Origin: Candidatus Hydrogenedentota bacterium
GTDB taxonomy: Bacteria > Hydrogenedentota > Hydrogenedentia > Hydrogenedentales > SLHB01
DNA: 64,000 nt
Direction of reading: 5' to 3'
Assembly (NCBI GenBank): GCA_045863335.1
Contig: BTVY01000040.1
Location: 1 to 64,000 of the forward strand
Part shown: in pieces, positions 58,334-64,000 of the stretch
How positions within the stretch are numbered: position 1 is the first letter of the stretch
Layout: each line of letters begins with the position of its first letter
Notes under the pieces: model-generated
The model's input: only the letters and a program-made list of their open reading frames with translations
Database searches by the model: none
Told to the model about the DNA's origin: nothing
Program-made: the position numbers and the translations under genes

Positions 58334-59212
58334 TCAAGGGCTGACTGCGTTGACGATCTCCGCCCAGGCGCGGCTTACCGGAAACGTGCCGGGATACCGC
58401 ACAAATTCCACGTGGCCGTCCAGGTAGAGCACGTTGCCGCCGCCGGGGAGGTGGTTGAACTCCGTGGGATCGAGATCGACCCGGTCGAACATCATAGGGA
58501 TTTCGCTTTGCGCTTTGCTCGTCGCGGATGGGTTGTTGATGTCTTCGATATAAAACCGCTCGACACCTTCCCGCAGTCGCAGAATCTTTTGCGTGACTCC
58601 ATTGTCATCGACAAATTCCCAGTCGGTCTCGAATGCCTCGACGGGCTTATTGCGGAGCAGGTCATCGAAGGCCGCATAGAACGCCGGCGACATGTCCTGC
58701 GTCGCCGGGTCGGCGAGGTAGTCGTTCTCAAAGTTCCAACCGAGATACAGGTAGGAGAGTTGGTCGAACAAACACGGATTCGTGGAGCCTTGCGCCTGCG
58801 AGCCGCCCGGACCGTCAGGACGATTCCACCGGCCCAAGTCGTATTGTTGACGCCCATTCGAATCCGACGGGCACACCAGGACCCGCGCGTCGGAGAGATA
58901 CTCCGGGTACATGGCCAGGCCCTGAAACATCAGGAAGCTCTCGTTCCGGATGTCGCAGTTCTGCCCAATGAAGCGCTGGATGGTGGGATAGTTTTCATTG
59001 CTCTCGCCGGCGTACATCTTCAGGGAGAGCCCCACCTGGCGCAGGTTGTTCACACAACTCACGCGGCGCGCGGATTCGCGCGCCCGGGAGAGCGCCGGCA
59101 ACAACATGCCCGCCAGAATGCTGATGATGGCGATCACGACCAGCAACTCGATCAGCGTGAAGGCGCGGCGCTCGGCCCAACGTTTTCCCAAGAGCGTGTC
59201 CATTGCGTTCAC
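58334..59212 (-). CDS. Prepilin-type N-terminal methylation / DUF1559 protein with H-X9-DG motif
   Basis: [60 protein letters not shown]. Confidence 0.9.
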   Translation of the reverse strand: MNAMDTLLGKRWAERRAFTLIELLVVIAIISILAGMLLPALSRARESARRVSCVNNLRQVGLSLKMYAGESNENYPTIQRFIGQNCDIRNESFLMFQGLAMYPEYLSDARVLVCPSDSNGRQQYDLGRWNRPDGPGGSQAQGSTNPCLFDQLSYLYLGWNFENDYLADPATQDMSPAFYAAFDDLLRNKPVEAFETDWEFVDDNGVTQKILRLREGVERFYIEDINNPSATSKAQSEIPMMFDRVDLDPTEFNHLPGGGNVLYLDGHVEFVRYPGTFPVSRAWAEIVNAVSP

Positions 59213-59278
59213 CCTACGCTAAATCCCGATCTTGGGCAAGTAGGACGCCCAAGCCACATAGGTGGAAGTGCTGGAAGA

Positions 59279-59707
59279 TCACGGTTTCGCAGGCAACACT
59301 GCCATGGTGAGCCGGCAGACGCAGACGGGCCGATCCCGATTGTCGCGGATGCGGATGTCCCACACATGGGTCGACCGTCCGACGTGAATCGGCGTGACCC
59401 GTCCGGTTACGACGCCGTCGCGAACGGCCCGAATGTGGTTTGCATTGACTTCGAGGCCCACACAGTAGTGGGTGTCGGTATCGATGCACAGCACGGATGC
59501 GACGCTGCCCAGGGATTCCGCCAGCACCACGCTGGCGCCGCCGTGGAGCAATCCCATGGGCTGCACCGTTCGCGTGTCGACCGGCATGGTCGCTTCGAGG
59601 TAGTCATCGCCTGCCTTGGTGAAATGAATATCAAGCGATTCGAGAATCGATCGCGGCCGCAGGGCGTTGAGTTGCTCGATATCGGGTTGTCCAGAACGCC
59701 AGATCAC
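59279..59707 (-). CDS. Hotdog-fold thioesterase (MenI/YdiI-like)
   Basis: QPMGLLHGGASVVLAES, VGLEVNANHIR, HVGRSTHVW. Confidence 0.9.
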   Translation of the reverse strand: MIWRSGQPDIEQLNALRPRSILESLDIHFTKAGDDYLEATMPVDTRTVQPMGLLHGGASVVLAESLGSVASVLCIDTDTHYCVGLEVNANHIRAVRDGVVTGRVTPIHVGRSTHVWDIRIRDNRDRPVCVCRLTMAVLPAKP

Positions 59708-59968
59708 GGGTTGCTCCTATTTCAGCGCCGCCTACGGTGTGAAGGGAGACTCACGGGCCGTAGGATCGCAAAGCTTCGGAAACTTGGCAAGGGTACGGGG
59801 CGTGTAGTATAGCATTCCAAGGATGGCTTTTGGGGAGGATGCATTGAACGCACAATTGCTGACGCATCACGATCGCCTTCGCCGGCGTGATCGTGTACTG
59901 CTAATCGGCGCTTGGTTTTCTTGGCCCGTCCGCCGTCGCATGACCCGGAGTACTCGGAGGAGACGCAC

Positions 59969-60784
59969 ATGAGCGGTCGAAAAACGGTGCTTGTCGTTGT
60001 TGCCCACGCCGACGATATGGAGTTTCTTGCTGCGGGTACCGTGGCCCGCTTCGTTCAGGAGAAAGGATACGACGTTTACGAGTACATTCTGACCGACAAC
60101 GGCAAGGGTTCTTACCGTCTGCAACCGGAGGAACTGGTGGCAACCTCGGCCCGGGAAGCGGTCGAGGCAGGGCAGATACTCGGGCTGCGCGAGGTCCGTC
60201 TCGAAGGCTACACCGACGGAAATCTCAACGAAGTGCATCCCGTCATCTTGCGGGACAAAGTCATGGCGATGATTCGGGAGATCAAGGCCGATATCGTGAT
60301 GAGCTGGGATCCCTTCGCGCCCTACGAAGATCATCCCGATCACCGGATGGTGGCAATGGCCACGCTGGATGCCGCCAGCTTCAGCGGGAATCCGCTGTTT
60401 CACCCTGAACACACGCATCCGCCTCATCCGGTGACGGAAGCCTACTGGTTTGCAAAGCACCCATGGAACGCGGAACTTTTCGTCGATATCGCGACGACCA
60501 TCGACAAGAAGATTGAAGCGTTGCTCACGCACGACTGCCAGATGATCTTGACCGTGGACATGCTTGTCCAGGAAGCCAAGGCGCTGGGTGTCGAGGTGCC
60601 GGCCTTGGAGGACTTGGATGCCGAGGGACACCGCGCGGTCATTGCCGCCGGGGTCCGGGCGTACTGTGAAACCACGGGGTTGAAAGCGGGCATGAGCTAC
60701 GCGGAGCAGTTCCGTTACGAGAAACTGGGTATGCTGGACAAACTGCTCGGTACGTCTTTCGTCGCTCTCGATTTTCCCCTCTGA
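59969..60784 (+). CDS. PIG-L/LmbE family deacetylase
   Basis: AHADDME, TDNGKG, HPDH, KKIEALLTHDCQ; RBS GGAGG. Confidence 0.9.
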   Translation: MSGRKTVLVVVAHADDMEFLAAGTVARFVQEKGYDVYEYILTDNGKGSYRLQPEELVATSAREAVEAGQILGLREVRLEGYTDGNLNEVHPVILRDKVMAMIREIKADIVMSWDPFAPYEDHPDHRMVAMATLDAASFSGNPLFHPEHTHPPHPVTEAYWFAKHPWNAELFVDIATTIDKKIEALLTHDCQMILTVDMLVQEAKALGVEVPALEDLDAEGHRAVIAAGVRAYCETTGLKAGMSYAEQFRYEKLGMLDKLLGTSFVALDFPL

Positions 60785-60827
60785 AAGGGCCTGCCGGAAA
60801 CGCCGGGTACCCATTGTGCGAATCGCA

Positions 60828-61337
60828 TCAGTTTTCCTTCCGCCCTCGGTGCACACACTTCTCCGGTTGGCTAAGCCCCGCTTCTCGGGCGGCCTCCCCC
60901 TGCCCCGACGCAAACGGACAAGGACCGCGGAAGATCACCTGCGCCTCGTCCGTCTGGATGCCTTTAATCGGGGGCTCCAGGCATGGTTTCATACCCACCG
61001 CGCAGGGCACATCCCACAATGCGCCGCACTCGCGGCAGACCAGGTGGTGGTGCCATTCCCCGGCGACTTCATACCGCGCCGTGCCGGGCCCGGCGTCCGC
61101 CACCGTCAAGACGCCGCTCTGCGCGAGTGTCTGCAAGACTTTGTAGACGGAGGCCCGTGAAAAGGTTGATCCGCGTTCACGCAAAACCGCCAGCAAATCT
61201 TCCGCCGAACGGTGTCCCCCCAATTCCTGCAGCAGCTCAAGCAAGATAAGGCGGGGCCGCGTGACCCGCAGCCCCGCCTTGGTGAGTTGCTCCGCCCATT
61301 CACGTTCACTTAGGACTCTTGCGCCTGAACCATCCAC
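60828..61337 (-). CDS. Fur-family regulator (FurA/PerR-like)
   Basis: GLRVTRPR, SRASVY, HHHLVCRECG, VPCAVG..PCL; GTG start overlaps the end of dps. Confidence 0.88.
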   Translation of the reverse strand: MDGSGARVLSEREWAEQLTKAGLRVTRPRLILLELLQELGGHRSAEDLLAVLRERGSTFSRASVYKVLQTLAQSGVLTVADAGPGTARYEVAGEWHHHLVCRECGALWDVPCAVGMKPCLEPPIKGIQTDEAQVIFRGPCPFASGQGEAAREAGLSQPEKCVHRGRKEN

Positions 61338-61816
61338 AATTGCTTCTCCATGGTCCCGATGATACCGATCAGCAGATCTTCCGTGATGGCATCGAGGTCT
61401 CCGATTTCTGCCTGGTGTTCGCGAAGGCGCGAGATCGTCTTGGCCATATGGTTTGCCATCGTCGACAACACGCCCTCAACCGTCATCGCGCCTTGCGGAA
61501 ACGTGGGCAAACCGCTGTTCGACGCAACGGTCGCCGCGCGACCATCCGGCACGCCGTTCAGCGCGGTCATTCGTTCCGCGACATCGTCGATGGCGGACAG
61601 GTAGAACGCGTGCAATTCATCGAGCTGTTCGTGTACCGGCAGGAAACGGGGCCCCGTCAGGCACCAATGCGCCTGCTTCGTTTGCAGGGAAAGGTCGATG
61701 AGATTTGTCAACGTGGTTTGCAGCGCGCCGTTGATCTTCGCGCGTACGTCTTCGGGCAAGGTCTTCCGCCGCAGGCTCAAGCTGGGAACCGGGGCAGGAC
61801 TGAGTACGGTACTCAT
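61310..61816 (-). CDS. dps: DNA-binding ferritin-like protein Dps
   Basis: TKQAHW, HEQLDE, DDVAER, EKQLWM; RBS AAGGAG. Confidence 0.93.
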   Translation of the reverse strand: MSTVLSPAPVPSLSLRRKTLPEDVRAKINGALQTTLTNLIDLSLQTKQAHWCLTGPRFLPVHEQLDELHAFYLSAIDDVAERMTALNGVPDGRAATVASNSGLPTFPQGAMTVEGVLSTMANHMAKTISRLREHQAEIGDLDAITEDLLIGIIGTMEKQLWMVQAQES

Positions 61817-61861
61817 AAGGAGGTCTCCTTATTGGTTGGATTCTTTATTTCGACTATGTCT

Positions 61862-61890
61862 ATTTTACAATATAATCCAGAAAAAAGCAA
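61862..61890 (-). promoter_or_regulatory. Sigma-70-type promoter of dps-fur in an AT-rich segment
   Basis: Minus strand TTGCTT-17 nt-TAAAAT. Confidence 0.55.
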
Positions 61891-62137
61891 ACGAAACGCA
61901 CAAGAAAGGCAAGGCTCCGGCAAGCTCTTTTCATATAATAACTTACAAAAATACCACGCACTGCATTGGTTGGAACTTCCCGCCAGAAGCCGCAGCCGAT
62001 TCAGACCATTCCACCACGTGCATTCCACCCCACCCAAGGTGCATAATAGAGAGAGCTGTCTAAAGCGTCGCGCCTGACGCGCGTAGGTTTCGCCATTGAA
62101 TCTCCATGGCGTTTACACTGATAAATGGCTTGTAAAT

Positions 62138-63268
62138 ATGAGTTTAGAACTTCTGACAGAACTGAACCATTGGCCCGCCGGCCGCGTGCGGGAGATGGCC
62201 GCTAAAGCCTCCCTCGCAGATATCGACCGCGCCTTGAAGCGTGAGGAGCGCACCCCGGCCGATCTCTGCGCTCTGCTTTCTCCCGCTGCCGTTTCGCGAC
62301 TGGAAGACATGGCGCGCGAAGCCCAGCGGCTGACCCGTTGGCATTTCGGCCGTACCATTGGCATGTACGTGCCCCTTTATATTTCCAATGTGTGCGGCGC
62401 GGACTGCACCTACTGCGGGTATGCGGTGCGGTCCGGCAACAAGGAAAAGCGGCGGACCCTGACGGAAATCGAAATCCGGCGAGAGTGCGAAGCCCTGGCC
62501 GCCGAGGGTTTCCAGAGCGTGCTCCTCCTGACAGGCGAGGCGCGACGCGCGGTGCCGCCTTCGGTGATCGCGGACGCGGTATCCATCGCGCGGGAGTACT
62601 TCCCTTCGGTCGCGGTCGAGGTGTACTCGCTCGATCAGTCCGATTACGAAGAGCTGTACCGGCGTGGCGCTGACGGCGTCACCATCTACATGGAGACCTA
62701 CGATCGCGAAACCTACAGCCGCGTTCACCTCATCGGTGAGAAGATGGACTACGATTACCGGCTCGGCGCGAGCGAACGCGCGGGGAAAGCGGGAATCCGG
62801 CGCTTGAGCGTGGGCGCCTTGCTCGGCTTGTTCGACTGGCGCGTCGACGGGTTCTGGACGGCCCTGCACGCCCGGCACCTACAACGGGCCTGCTGGCAAA
62901 GTTCGGTTTCTATCTCGTTTCCAAGATTGCAGCACGTTCCGGAACGTTTCGATATCCCCGCGCTGGTGACGGATAAGGAACTGGTGCAGCTCATGCTCGC
63001 CATGCGGCTGTTCTTGCCGGAAGCGGGCTTCAATCTTTCCACCCGCGAACGGCCCGCGTTCCGCGACAAACTGATTCCGCTCGGCGTCACCACCATGAGC
63101 GCGGGTTCATCGACCCGCCCCGGCGGCTACACGACCTACGGCGAAGAGACGCTGGAACAATTCGAGATCGAAGACGCCCGGCCGCCGAGGGAAGTGGCGG
63201 AAGCCATCCGCGCCGCCGGCTATGAACCCGTCTGGAAAGACTACGACTACGCCTTCGATCGCGAATGA
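62138..63268 (+). CDS. thiH: 2-iminoacetate synthase (radical SAM)
   Basis: PLYISNVCGADCTYCG (CxxxCxxC), LLLTGE, METY, LSTRE, SAGSSTRPGGY, EQFEIED.R, PVWKD. Confidence 0.93.
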   Translation: MSLELLTELNHWPAGRVREMAAKASLADIDRALKREERTPADLCALLSPAAVSRLEDMAREAQRLTRWHFGRTIGMYVPLYISNVCGADCTYCGYAVRSGNKEKRRTLTEIEIRRECEALAAEGFQSVLLLTGEARRAVPPSVIADAVSIAREYFPSVAVEVYSLDQSDYEELYRRGADGVTIYMETYDRETYSRVHLIGEKMDYDYRLGASERAGKAGIRRLSVGALLGLFDWRVDGFWTALHARHLQRACWQSSVSISFPRLQHVPERFDIPALVTDKELVQLMLAMRLFLPEAGFNLSTRERPAFRDKLIPLGVTTMSAGSSTRPGGYTTYGEETLEQFEIEDARPPREVAEAIRAAGYEPVWKDYDYAFDRE

Positions 63269-63395
63269 GGGTAAAAAGAAACTGAGCCGTCTCTAAGCCA
63301 CGGATCGGACCGATCCGACCGATCGGACTGATCCGACCGACCAGTTCTCTCGGTATATCGAGGGTGCCGCGAACACAAGGAGAACCACAACTCCA

Positions 63396-63596
63396 ATGAA
63401 GATCTCTATAAACGGCGAGACAAAAAACATCCCTGACGGTTCCACCGTCGCCGCCTTGCTCGACGAACTCGGCTTCGATCCCAAAGCCACCGTGGTTGAA
63501 CGCAACGCGGAGATCCTGGAGCGCGCCAATTACGCCGACACGACCCTCGCCGAGGGCGATGCGCTGGAACTCGTGCGCTTCGTCGGAGGCGGGTGA
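63396..63596 (+). CDS. thiS: Sulfur carrier protein ThiS
   Basis: MKISINGE...VVERN...LELVRFVGGG with C-terminal diglycine. Confidence 0.95.
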   Translation: MKISINGETKNIPDGSTVAALLDELGFDPKATVVERNAEILERANYADTTLAEGDALELVRFVGGG

Positions 63597-64000
63597 TGGA
63601 CCTCGCCCAACGGCTGGCGCGCTTTGAAGCTGCCGACCTCTATGTCGTCATCACGGAACAATTCTGCGCGGGACGTTCTTCGCTGGACGTACTCGACGCG
63701 GTGCTCGACGCGGGCGTCAAGCTGGTCCAGCTTCGCGAAAAAGAATTGGACGACCGCAGTCTCTTCGAACGCGCAATCCAGTTTCGCGAACGCACGCGGG
63801 ACGTGGGCGCATTGCTGATCGTCGATGACCGGGTCGATATTGCCCTTGCTGTCGATGCCGACGGCGTACACCTTGGCGAATCCGATTTGCCTGTAGATGT
63901 CGCGCGCAGCATCGCGCCCGATCTCATTGTCGGCGCGTCATCCCACAGTCTCGACGAGGCCCTCGCCGCGCAACAGGCCGGCGCCGGGTACGTGAACATC
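63596..64000 (+). CDS. thiE: Thiamine-phosphate synthase, truncated by the window edge
   Basis: Not in the ORF track. ATG overlaps the thiS TGA; manual translation gives LYVVIT, GVKLVQLREK, LIVDDRVDIALAVDADGVHLG, VGASSH. Confidence 0.9.
   Translation, partial: MDLAQRLARFEAADLYVVITEQFCAGRSSLDVLDAVLDAGVKLVQLREKELDDRSLFERAIQFRERTRDVGALLIVDDRVDIALAVDADGVHLGESDLPVDVARSIAPDLIVGASSHSLDEALAAQQAGAGYVNI

Noticed and set aside
61900-62137. TPP riboswitch upstream of thiH
   Set aside because: Conserved CTGAGA and CCTGA...TAATGC elements were not found by eye; a cmsearch would be definitive.

Overview
GC-rich bacterial chromosomal window with about 50 genes. It is probably Candidatus Hydrogenedentota or a similar lineage; this is inferred from DUF1559 prepilin-type proteins, a dockerin-tailed peptidase, many Tat substrates and a membrane-anchored ECF sigma. 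Content in order: a transposon/IS end at the left edge, an fprA-like ferredoxin-NADP reductase plus heme A synthase pair, an orphan flgK with a near-consensus sigma-28 promoter, and a TetR/HlyD/ABC efflux operon with an operator palindrome. Then larB, two Ntn hydrolases, many secreted hydrolases and oxidoreductases, three GT-C glycosyltransferases, gdhA, a 1206-aa double-NTPase/wHTH/TPR protein, and an ECF sigma fused to an extracytoplasmic domain next to a free paralogue of that domain. The window ends with apbE, dps-fur and thiH-thiS-thiE (truncated). At least five REP-like palindrome families and a 9-bp GATC-rich minisatellite occur. No rRNA, tRNA or CRISPR array was recognised. Best candidates for new biology are the fused double-NTPase TPR protein, the ECF/free-domain pair, the FNR-heme A synthase coupling and a penicillin-acylase homologue lacking its catalytic Ser. 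All calls come from motif recognition by eye, without database searches. Many start codons were moved downstream of the ORF-track start using RBS or signal-peptide evidence.
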